A stretch of DNA of 64,000 nucleotides from Candidatus Binatia bacterium (lineage in GTDB: Bacteria > Desulfobacterota > Binatia > Bin18), in assembly GCA_963664395.2 (NCBI GenBank), contig OY761159.2, positions 4,032,001-4,096,000 of the forward strand, read 5' to 3'. Of this stretch, positions 47,406-55,634 are shown piece by piece. The notes below the pieces were generated by a model that saw only the letters and a list, made by a program, of their open reading frames with translations, made no database searches and was not told where the DNA came from. The stretch's first letter is position 1, and each line of letters starts with the position of its first letter. The position numbers were made by a program, and so were the translations under genes.

Positions 47406-47834
47406 CTACTTCAACTCAATATTCAGTGTGAGCGGAGTGCTCTCGACCATAAACGAAATCGCCTCAAACCCTGGAGGACCGAATGTCCCGCGTGCGTTAG
47501 TGCTAAACCCATACGCCTCAGTCGGAATACCGAGCATGTTGGCGTCAAGTTTTTCATTCTCATTCTTGTCGTGAAAGGCGGCGATAGCGTATTGACCGGG
47601 AGGAATATCGGCAAAGATAACGCGGAGCAGATTGGCATGCGTCCGTATTCGCACCCCGCCAAACATTTTCTCGGACTGATACCCGGCCTCGTTATTGTAC
47701 AGCGCCGCTTGGAGTCCGCCGGTTGGAGTAAACCCATGCAACATGACTTCAATATCGGCGGCCAGCCCAAGACGCGGCAACAATACGCAAGCAAGGATTC
47801 CAATCCCGGCAACATATTCTGAGATGGTAGGCAC
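47406..47834 (-). CDS. DUF2141-like exported protein
   Basis: Signal peptide, PGQYAIAAFHDKNENEKLD, GIPTEAYGFS, FGPPGF. Confidence 0.88.
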   Translation of the reverse strand: MPTISEYVAGIGILACVLLPRLGLAADIEVMLHGFTPTGGLQAALYNNEAGYQSEKMFGGVRIRTHANLLRVIFADIPPGQYAIAAFHDKNENEKLDANMLGIPTEAYGFSTNARGTFGPPGFEAISFMVESTPLTLNIELK

Positions 47835-47864
47835 CTTTTCTCTTCCCTTGTAGTTTTTTATATT

Positions 47865-47897
47865 ACGATGTTAAGTAACATTGTTAAGTAACGTCGT
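47865..47897. promoter_or_regulatory. Long palindrome, probable TetR operator
   Basis: ACGATGTTA-AG-TAACA-T-TGTTA-AG-TAACGTCGT, next to a minus-strand TTGACG. Confidence 0.7.
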
Positions 47898-48000
47898 CAA
47901 GTTATTTTCGGAATACACTTAAGCGCCGTTGTCCTTTGACTGCGCTGACGCTAGGCTGCTCGGACAAACAGGAGGGACGGGCTCGTCCAAGGGGGAGAGT

Positions 48001-49419
48001 ATGTCTGCTGCCGAACTTTGTTTTCTCAGCGCAACCGAACTGGCCAAACGCATCCGCACCCGCGAGGTGTCATGTCGGGAAGTCATGGAGGCCCACCTGG
48101 CGCGGATCGATCACATCAATCCGCAGGTGAATGCGATTGTGACCCTTTTGGCGGAGAGTGGCCTGGAGCGGGCGACCGAAGCCGATGAGGCGCTCACGAG
48201 AGGGAAGGAGGTCGGCCCGCTGCACGGCCTGCCCATTGCCCACAAAGATTTGGTCTTGACCAAAGGCATACGCACTACGCTCGGCTCGCCGATCTTTGCC
48301 GATTTTGTGCCCGACCAGGACGAGATTATCGTCGAACGCCTGCGCGCCGCCGGCGCGATTGCCATCGGCAAGACGAATACGCCCGAGTTCGGGGCCGGCT
48401 CGCAAACGTATAACGAAGTGTTTGGGGAGACGCTCAACCCATATGATCTCTCCACAACCTGTGGTGGCAGTAGCGGTGGTGCCGCGGTTGCGCTGGCGAC
48501 TGGGATGCTGCCGATTGCGGATGGTAGCGACCTGGGCGGCTCGCTGCGTAACCCGGCCAGTTTTTGTAATGTGGTGGGGTTTCGACCCTCGCCCGGCCGG
48601 GTGCCCACCTGGCCGCACCGCGTCGGCTGGTTTCCGCTTGTAGTCGAAGGGCCTATGGCCCGCACCGTGCAGGATGTGGCCTTATTGCTCAGCGTCATGG
48701 CCGGACCTGACCCGCGCGTGCCGATTGCCAATACTGAGTCGGGCGAGCAGTTTGTGCAGCCGCTTGAGCGCTCCTTTGCGGATACCCGTATTGCCTGGAG
48801 TCCGACGCTGGGCGGCCTGCCGGTTGATGCCCGAGTGACCGCGGTGCTCGAAAGTCAGCGTAGCGTGTTCGCCGACTTGGGCTGTGTCATTGAGGAAGCG
48901 ACACCCGATTTCCAAGATGCCGATGAAGTCTTTCGCGTCTGGCGGGCGTGGTATTTTGATCTGTCCTTGGGCGAGCTGCTACCCGAACACCGGGACAAAA
49001 TGAAGGACACGGTCATCTGGAATATCGAAGAAGGGACAAAACTCACTGGCCCACAAATTGGTCAGGCCGAAAAAAAACGCACACTGCTGTATCACCGGGT
49101 GCGCGAGTTCATGGAACAGTACGAATTCCTGATTCTTCCCGTCTCGCAAGTGCCACCGTTTGATGTCAAACAGCGCTACGTGCGTGAGATTAACGGCGTC
49201 CAGATGGAGACGTATTTGGACTGGATGCGCTCGTGTTACTACATCAGCGTAACCGGCTTGCCGGCTATCTCAGTGCCGTGCGGTTTCACACCAGAGGGCC
49301 TGCCCGTTGGCGTACAGATCGTTGGCCGGCATCAAAACGAATTGGGTGTGCTTCAGTTGGCATATGCGTTTGAGCAGGCGACGCGGGTAGGGGAAAGAAG
49401 GCCGGAGATTGGGGATTAG
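48001..49419 (+). CDS. Amidase (amidase signature family)
   Basis: GPLHGLPIAHKD, GKTNTPEFG, GGSSGG, GSDLGGSLRNPA. Confidence 0.95.
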   Translation: MSAAELCFLSATELAKRIRTREVSCREVMEAHLARIDHINPQVNAIVTLLAESGLERATEADEALTRGKEVGPLHGLPIAHKDLVLTKGIRTTLGSPIFADFVPDQDEIIVERLRAAGAIAIGKTNTPEFGAGSQTYNEVFGETLNPYDLSTTCGGSSGGAAVALATGMLPIADGSDLGGSLRNPASFCNVVGFRPSPGRVPTWPHRVGWFPLVVEGPMARTVQDVALLLSVMAGPDPRVPIANTESGEQFVQPLERSFADTRIAWSPTLGGLPVDARVTAVLESQRSVFADLGCVIEEATPDFQDADEVFRVWRAWYFDLSLGELLPEHRDKMKDTVIWNIEEGTKLTGPQIGQAEKKRTLLYHRVREFMEQYEFLILPVSQVPPFDVKQRYVREINGVQMETYLDWMRSCYYISVTGLPAISVPCGFTPEGLPVGVQIVGRHQNELGVLQLAYAFEQATRVGERRPEIGD

Positions 49420-49580
49420 GGATTGGGGGTTGGTATTTTGCTCCTTCCCTCCTTGGGGGAGAGCCTGTCCTGAGCGTACTTCGACTTCGCCTCTCTGGGG
49501 CTACGCTCAGCACGAACGGAGTCGAAGGGCCGGTCCTGAGCAGAGTGGAATGAAGTCGAATGGGGCTAGGGTGAGGGGGG
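49409..49580. repeat. Composite of heptamer repeats and nested palindromic REP-like elements
   Basis: GGGGATT-type heptamers. A CCCTCC..GGGGGAGA/GGGGCTAGGGTGAGGG element is interrupted by GTCCTGAGC...GTCGAA units. Confidence 0.6.
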
Positions 49581-49657
49581 AGTTTAGGGATGAGCGGAGT
49601 GGAGCCCGACAGCGTTCTGAGTATGTCAATTCGTAAATTATAGAGGAGGACTATCCC

Positions 49658-50674
49658 ATGCAATTTGGTTTTATGGAGGATTTTCGGAACCCCGAGCCCT
49701 GGGCGCGGCCATTTCCCGAGCTATATAACGCGCTGTTAGATCAAACCATTCGGGCCGAGGAACTCGGCTATGAGCACGTCTGGCTGACCGAGCACCATTT
49801 TACCGCGGACGGCTATAATCCGTCGCTGTTGCCGACTGCCGCCGCGATTGCCACCCGAACGAGCACTATTCGGATTGGGACGTTTATTCTGCTGCTGCCG
49901 TTTCAGCATCCGATTCGGGTGGCGGAAGATGCGACCTGTGTCGATATCTGGTCAAACGGCCGGTTCGACCTGGGTGTCGGGCAGGGCTATTCGTATATGG
50001 AATTTGACGCTTTGTGTATGCCGCGCAAGGAACGTTCGGCGCGTTTGCGCGAAGGTGTCGAGCTGATTCAAAAAGTCTGGACTGAAGACGCGGTCACGTT
50101 TGACGGGCGTTTTACTCAGGTGAAAGACCTGACCCTGAGCCCTAAGCCGGTGCAGCAGCCTATGCCTATGTGGATAGGCGCACGCGCGGAAAAAGCGACT
50201 CGCAACGCGGCCCGGCTGGGCTGTCATCTCATGGCAACCCTGGGTCCCGACCCGGCGCCATGGTATATTGACGAGCTCAAAAAATGCGGGCGCAATCCGG
50301 ACGATTTCAACATCGCTCAATTGCGACTGGTGTATCTGGCCGACACCGAAGACCAGGCCTGGGCGGACTGCCAGGACCATCTGTTCAGTATGATGGAGTT
50401 CTACGGCCATATTCTGGCTGAGGCGAATGATGCGCCTGGGGACAAAGATGTGTGGCAGTTCACCAAGCCGAGCGAACTCCGCCACTCGGCCTTTGGTGAA
50501 GCGGTGATGATCGGCACGCCGGACCAGGTTGCCCGAAAAATGGAACGCTTCAAAGACGAATTTCAATGCACGCACCTCATCATGAGCACGCAACTGGCCG
50601 GCATGGACCCCAAGAAATCGACCCGCTCGCTGGAGCTGTTCGCCAAGGAGATCATGCCGAGCTTTCGGGGGTGA
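49658..50674 (+). CDS. LLM-class flavin-dependent oxidoreductase
   Basis: AEELGYEHVWLTEHHF, HPIRVAEDA, SNGRFDLGVG, PKPVQQP. Confidence 0.93.
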   Translation: MQFGFMEDFRNPEPWARPFPELYNALLDQTIRAEELGYEHVWLTEHHFTADGYNPSLLPTAAAIATRTSTIRIGTFILLLPFQHPIRVAEDATCVDIWSNGRFDLGVGQGYSYMEFDALCMPRKERSARLREGVELIQKVWTEDAVTFDGRFTQVKDLTLSPKPVQQPMPMWIGARAEKATRNAARLGCHLMATLGPDPAPWYIDELKKCGRNPDDFNIAQLRLVYLADTEDQAWADCQDHLFSMMEFYGHILAEANDAPGDKDVWQFTKPSELRHSAFGEAVMIGTPDQVARKMERFKDEFQCTHLIMSTQLAGMDPKKSTRSLELFAKEIMPSFRG

Positions 50675-50754
50675 GCTGCGGTGAGATGGGAAGTAAGACA
50701 ACTGTAATGTGAAAAGACAATTCAACAAGGACGGAAAGGATAGCGGATAAAATC

Positions 50755-51891
50755 ATGCCCTATGAAGAGGTCTCTGAACCTATTTCTGGTAAAGAGGCGT
50801 TTAGACAATTTGATGGCGCTGCGGTGCAATCGCAAGCAGCTTTCTTATTATTACTTGGTATACAAGCGGGGTCTGATTCCGAAGAAGCACAGGAAAAGAA
50901 ACTTTCAGATATTATTTCCGAAGAGGATAGGGGAAAATTTTCCTTCCCCCCGCTCTTGCCTTCTCCTCGGGAACTTTTTGCCGGTGAAGATATACGAACC
51001 AGTCTTACCCGTGGTTACTTATCCGGCGATGAGAGTTGGGAAAAGATTTCCAGTGAACAGAAACAAAAAATCATACCTGACCTGATTGACGACTTTTACA
51101 GGAAACAAACCCGACAGGCCGCAGCAGAACTCATGAAAGCTTGTCTGTTCCATCGAGACCCGCTTGTACGGGTTGCGGCGGCAGCTTCTCATGTCGAACT
51201 CAGTTCAGAATGGGGGCGTCCAATCAGCATTCTGGAACAAGGCACGCACGAGCAGGATAGTCTCGTGCGTGACGTGGCAGCCACTGCGCTAGCCCGTATC
51301 ATTCCCGATCATCCCCGTCTCGCGGAACTCGCCACACCTATTCCTATTAACAGGGACGGCGAGCCGTCTCACACGAGTCTTCTTGTCCACGGAACCTGGG
51401 TGCGGAATTTCTCATGGTGGCAGCCTGGAGGGGATTTTCACAGCTATTTGCTGAACAATGTGCGCGACGACCTTTACGGTGACAATGACGTCTTTTCGTG
51501 GTCTGGATTATATAACGACTCAGCGCGTCAGCTTGGAGCCCAGGACCTCATTGACTGGGTCGAGAGGCACGATATGAACGGCTTGGAGCACCTTTTTGCA
51601 CACAGTCATGGCGGCAGTGTTGCCACGTTGGCAAGCCAGGCAGGTCTGGATATTGGGAAACTGGTTCTGCTGAGCTGTCCGGTTCATGACAATTATTTAC
51701 CCGATTTCGACAACGTGGATGAAGTCGTCTCAATACATGTCCGCCTGGACCTTGTAGTCCTCGTCGACCGAGGAAGGCAGAAATACAAGCATCCTAAAAT
51801 CCGAGAGCATGTTCTCCCTGTCTGGTTCAATCATTCGGCAACTCACGATCCAAATGTTTGGCAGAGGCACAATATACCGGCTTTGCTCTGA
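50755..51891 (+). CDS. HEAT-repeat plus alpha/beta-hydrolase (lipase-like) protein
   Basis: HEAT-like DPLVRVAAA and DSLVRDVAATAL, then LLVHGTW, FSWSG, AHSHGG, LVLLSCP and a C-terminal HSATH. Confidence 0.7.
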   Translation: MPYEEVSEPISGKEAFRQFDGAAVQSQAAFLLLLGIQAGSDSEEAQEKKLSDIISEEDRGKFSFPPLLPSPRELFAGEDIRTSLTRGYLSGDESWEKISSEQKQKIIPDLIDDFYRKQTRQAAAELMKACLFHRDPLVRVAAAASHVELSSEWGRPISILEQGTHEQDSLVRDVAATALARIIPDHPRLAELATPIPINRDGEPSHTSLLVHGTWVRNFSWWQPGGDFHSYLLNNVRDDLYGDNDVFSWSGLYNDSARQLGAQDLIDWVERHDMNGLEHLFAHSHGGSVATLASQAGLDIGKLVLLSCPVHDNYLPDFDNVDEVVSIHVRLDLVVLVDRGRQKYKHPKIREHVLPVWFNHSATHDPNVWQRHNIPALL

Positions 51892-51971
51892 GTGGGGGAG
51901 AAGTCTTCATGCCTTTCGGCTGTTAGGATATAAAGAAACATCCAGGCTAAGCGTGAAAGAAGAGGCTGGTT

Positions 51972-52343
51972 ATGAACCTCGCAAAAGTGGCACAACTGTT
52001 TGTTTCTAAAACGGTCTGGAACGTCACGGGTTTTGATGCGGCTGGCCGCGCGCTAATCCACGCTCTCAACTCTGATGACGAGAACATTCGTACCATAGCT
52101 GGAATGTTCCTCGTCCAAACCGGACAGCGGGCCGAGCCGCTCCTTGAGGAGGCACTGCACAAAGGCCAGTATCTTCCGATGGTCATCAATGTTCTCGGGA
52201 GCATTGGGGACCCAGGAATTGTGTCCGAGTTGCGTCCATTCACCAAAGACCGCGACCCTGAAATCGCCCAAGCCGCCCAAGATGCAATTCGGGCCATTCA
52301 TTTCGCGAGTCGATCAGACCCCTCAGCGAGTAGGTCGGATTAG
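51972..52343 (+). CDS. Small HEAT-repeat protein
   Basis: LIHALNSDDENIRTIAG, LGSIGDP, DRDPEIAQAAQDA. Confidence 0.75.
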   Translation: MNLAKVAQLFVSKTVWNVTGFDAAGRALIHALNSDDENIRTIAGMFLVQTGQRAEPLLEEALHKGQYLPMVINVLGSIGDPGIVSELRPFTKDRDPEIAQAAQDAIRAIHFASRSDPSASRSD

Positions 52344-52402
52344 CGGAGCGTAATCCGACAAGGACGGGATGTCGGGTTACGCCTGTGGCTAACCCGACCT
52401 AC
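52330..52402. repeat. Inverted pair of GTAG-family REP elements
   Basis: GTAGGTCGGATTAGCGGAGCGTAATCCGAC, an 11-nt linker, then GTCGGGTTACGCCTGTGGCTAACCCGACCTAC. Confidence 0.85.
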
Positions 52403-52447
52403 ACGGCTACACATAACATTGCTCTAGGGATGCACCCCCCTCCAACA

Positions 52448-52486
52448 TCAGTGCTGGCGAAACTGCCGGGTGGTCCGGGACCTCAC
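52448..52486 (-). pseudogene. Possible 12-codon remnant of a RelE/ParE-like toxin
   Basis: GTGA-coupled to the upstream small gene; MRSRTTRQFRQH then stop. Confidence 0.45.
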
Positions 52487-52701
52487 AGGGCGTCCGGGTC
52501 GAGTGCTTCGGTCAGTCCTTTGCGATCTTCTTGCTCGGCCTCTGCCGCGAGTTGTTCGAGCGCGTCAGACGAGCGTGCAAATGCCGCGTGCCAATGCTGC
52601 TCATCTTCTATTTCTTCCAGGATAAGTGCGGCGATAGCGTTTTGTTGATCTATGGGAAGTCGTTTGGCCTGTTCTACTGCCCTGTCAAGCAATTCACTCA
52701 T
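52483..52701 (-). CDS. Putative antitoxin (72 aa)
   Basis: MSELLDRAV...LPIDQQNAIAALILEEIEDE..W...F. RBS GAGGGAG. Confidence 0.7.
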   Translation of the reverse strand: MSELLDRAVEQAKRLPIDQQNAIAALILEEIEDEQHWHAAFARSSDALEQLAAEAEQEDRKGLTEALDPDAL

Positions 52702-52832
52702 GGTCGGGGTTCTCCCTCATCGGGTTATGTCGGGCTAGGCGTCCCGGTGGCGAACGTCCATAAAAGATGAACCCGGTAGGCTAAAAAAGCAAGCTCATTT
52801 AGGATATAGGGAAACGCCAACAGGAGGCGATC

Positions 52833-53594
52833 ATGCGATTTGAAAACACAGGTGTCCTGATCACAGGCGCGGGCAGCGGGATTGGCCGGGCAGCAAGCCT
52901 GGCCTTTGCCGAAGAAGGTGCGGCTATTGCCGCAGCAGACCTCCGGCTTGAAGCGGCCCAGGCAACCGCCAGCGCGATTGAGGAAGTAGGACGGACGGCC
53001 GTGGCCCTCCAGGTCGATGTCACGCAACCGGATTCGGTACGGGCCATGGTCGAGCAGGCTGTGGCCGGACTCGGCTCACTGGATGTGCTGGTAAACAGCG
53101 CGGGGGTGCGTGAGATTGTGCCGTTCTTGGAATTGCCTGCCGAAGAATGGCTGAAGGTCATCGGCACGAACCTGACCGGGACGTTTTTGTGCAGTCAAGC
53201 CGTTGCCCAGCATCTGATTGCCCAGAATAAAGGCGGAAAGATTATTAACCTGTCGTCGGTCGCCGGTCTCATGGGCGTGCCGAACCGGCCGGCCTATGTG
53301 GCCTCCAAACATGGGGTGGTCGGCCTGACCAAGGAAATGAGTATGGAACTGGCTGATAAGAACATTCAGGTCAATGCCATCGCCCCAGGCGTTGTCGAGA
53401 CAGCTATGACCGCTGGCTATTTTGATAATCCGGATATCGTGGCCTCGCTCAAAAAAGCGCATCCGGCCGGACGCTGGGCACAGCCTGAAGAAATCGCCCG
53501 GCTGATGCTGTTCCTGGCGTCTGAGGACGCAGACTTCATGACTGGCGCGACGATTCCCATTGACGGTGGGTTTGTGGCTGGAAAGTCCATATAA
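52833..53594 (+). CDS. SDR family oxidoreductase
   Basis: TGAGSGIG, NSAG, YVASK, NAIAPG. Confidence 0.95.
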   Translation: MRFENTGVLITGAGSGIGRAASLAFAEEGAAIAAADLRLEAAQATASAIEEVGRTAVALQVDVTQPDSVRAMVEQAVAGLGSLDVLVNSAGVREIVPFLELPAEEWLKVIGTNLTGTFLCSQAVAQHLIAQNKGGKIINLSSVAGLMGVPNRPAYVASKHGVVGLTKEMSMELADKNIQVNAIAPGVVETAMTAGYFDNPDIVASLKKAHPAGRWAQPEEIARLMLFLASEDADFMTGATIPIDGGFVAGKSI

Positions 53595-53605
53595 GGGAGC
53601 GCGAA

Positions 53606-54844
53606 ATGACCGAACACACACAGATTCTTGAAGGGGTGCGTATTCTTGACCTGACCCAATGGCTGGCCGGACCGCAGGCCACGCGGCTGATGGTTGACCT
53701 TGGGGCGGAAGTCATCAAGGTTGAACTCCCACCCAAAGGTGAACACAGCCGGCACATCCGCATCGTGCCCAAGGACGGCAAGGATGGCGCTACGCCGAGC
53801 TATTTCATCATGCACAACCGGGGCAAGAAGAGCCTGTGCGTGGATATCAAAACCCCGGCCGGCCAAGCTGTCATCAAGGATTTGGTCCAGCACTGCGACG
53901 TGCTGTTCGAGAACTTCACGCCCGGCATCATGGAGCGCTACGGTCTGACCTACGACAGCCTGTCCGCCATCAACCCGAGCCTCGTTATGTGCTCGGTCTC
54001 GACCTACGGGCAGACCGGGCCGTACTCCCGCCGCATCGGCAACGATCTGGTTGCTCTGGCGGCTGGCGGATTGCTGCATCTGGTTGGCGAGCCGGACGGC
54101 TATCCGGCCTATCCGGCCTCGGCCATTGGCGATCACATGACCGCGCTCAACGCCTTCGGCGCGATCATGGCGGCCCTGTTTCATCGTCAGCGCACGGGCG
54201 AGGGCCAGTATATCGACCTGGCCCTGGTGGACTGCACCTACAACTCGCACGACTGGGCGCTGGCGGCCTACAGCGTGACCGACGGCGCGGTCGACCCGCA
54301 GCGCGGTGGCTCGCAGCGGGCCGGGGCGTTTCCGTACGGCGCGTTCAAATCAAAGGACGGCTATATCGCCATCGGACTGATTACCGAAGCTCATTGGGTG
54401 ACGTTGGTGAAACACATGGGGCACGAAGAGTTACTGACCTCGCCCGAATTCAAGACCAACCGCTGGCGCATTCAGAACGCGGACGCCCTGCGCGTCATTA
54501 TCGAAGAGTGGCTGCAATCGCTGCCGAGTGATGAAGAGGCGATTCGGATTATGGCCGATGAACTCCGCCTGCCGGTTGCCCCGATTCTGTCCGTCGGCCA
54601 ATTCGCGGAAGACCCGCATTTAAGCAAACGCATGATAGAAACCATGCCCAACCCCGACTACGGCGAGCTGAAGCTACTCAAATCTCCCCACAAATTTTCC
54701 AAAACCCCGCCGCGCATCCCCGGCCCGGCGTCACGCCTTGGTCAACATACGGACGAGTTGCTGGGCGGCTTATGCGGATATACGGCCGAACGGATACGGG
54801 AATTAAAGGACCAGGGCATCCTTGTTGAGAATGCGGAAGGGTAG
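53606..54844 (+). CDS. CaiB/BaiF family III CoA-transferase
   Basis: LEGVRILDLT, AGP, LGAEVIKVE, NRGKKS, ENFTPG, YGQTGPY. Confidence 0.95.
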   Translation: MTEHTQILEGVRILDLTQWLAGPQATRLMVDLGAEVIKVELPPKGEHSRHIRIVPKDGKDGATPSYFIMHNRGKKSLCVDIKTPAGQAVIKDLVQHCDVLFENFTPGIMERYGLTYDSLSAINPSLVMCSVSTYGQTGPYSRRIGNDLVALAAGGLLHLVGEPDGYPAYPASAIGDHMTALNAFGAIMAALFHRQRTGEGQYIDLALVDCTYNSHDWALAAYSVTDGAVDPQRGGSQRAGAFPYGAFKSKDGYIAIGLITEAHWVTLVKHMGHEELLTSPEFKTNRWRIQNADALRVIIEEWLQSLPSDEEAIRIMADELRLPVAPILSVGQFAEDPHLSKRMIETMPNPDYGELKLLKSPHKFSKTPPRIPGPASRLGQHTDELLGGLCGYTAERIRELKDQGILVENAEG

Positions 54845-54863
54845 CCAATGACAAGGAGAGCGT

Positions 54864-55613
54864 ATGCAGAAGCGGAAGAAAATGACGGGCAGTTGGAGGA
54901 CGAGCAGGGTGCTGACAATCGGGCTCGTCTGCGCTGTGGGTCTGCTGCCGCTGACCGCTCAAGCTCAAAACGCAGCCTATAACCAGACCACTCTGGTCGC
55001 ACTGTGTAAGATATCCGCCGCCGGTGCCTCGGGTCGGTTCGACACCGCCGAGCAACTCTTCAGCGGGGGCAAAGACGCCGGACTCAGCGAACTCCAGATG
55101 TACGAGGCGGTCTTGAACCTGCTGCCCTATATCGGCTATCCGCGGACTCTGAGCACGCTGGGACGCTTTCAGCAGGTATATCCCGACTACATCAGCCAAC
55201 GTTCCCAGGGGCAGAGTCCCCAGCCGACCGAACCCTGGCCGGAGTATGCCCCGACCATCTGGGGAGAACGCGGGATGCGGGTTCAAGAGCAGCTAACCGG
55301 CGGCAGCGAGGAGAACAAAAGGCTCATCCAGCGGCTCAGTCAGATCAGTCCCGAACTGGCCGAATGGGTGCGCTATGACGACTTCGGTCGGGTCTTTGGT
55401 CGAGCCGGGCTACTTCTGATTGAACGCGAAGCTATCGTGCTTGGCGCGCTGATTGCCCAGGGAGCGCCCCAGATCGCTTTTCACTACAAAGCCCTGCTCC
55501 GCGTCGGGGGCGATGACAGCCTGGTCGATGCCCTGCTTGAGGCGGTAACGGACATCGTGGATAAAAGGGCGCTGGCCTCCGCGCGGCACCATATTGCCGA
55601 GGCACGCAAGTAG
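54864..55613 (+). CDS. Carboxymuconolactone decarboxylase/AhpD-like protein with a signal-like N-terminus
   Basis: YIGYPR, FGRVFGRAGL...ERE...GALIAQG, FH..ALLRVG. Start uncertain. Confidence 0.7.
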   Translation: MQKRKKMTGSWRTSRVLTIGLVCAVGLLPLTAQAQNAAYNQTTLVALCKISAAGASGRFDTAEQLFSGGKDAGLSELQMYEAVLNLLPYIGYPRTLSTLGRFQQVYPDYISQRSQGQSPQPTEPWPEYAPTIWGERGMRVQEQLTGGSEENKRLIQRLSQISPELAEWVRYDDFGRVFGRAGLLLIEREAIVLGALIAQGAPQIAFHYKALLRVGGDDSLVDALLEAVTDIVDKRALASARHHIAEARK

Positions 55614-55634
55614 GAAACCACTGTAGATGAGGCC

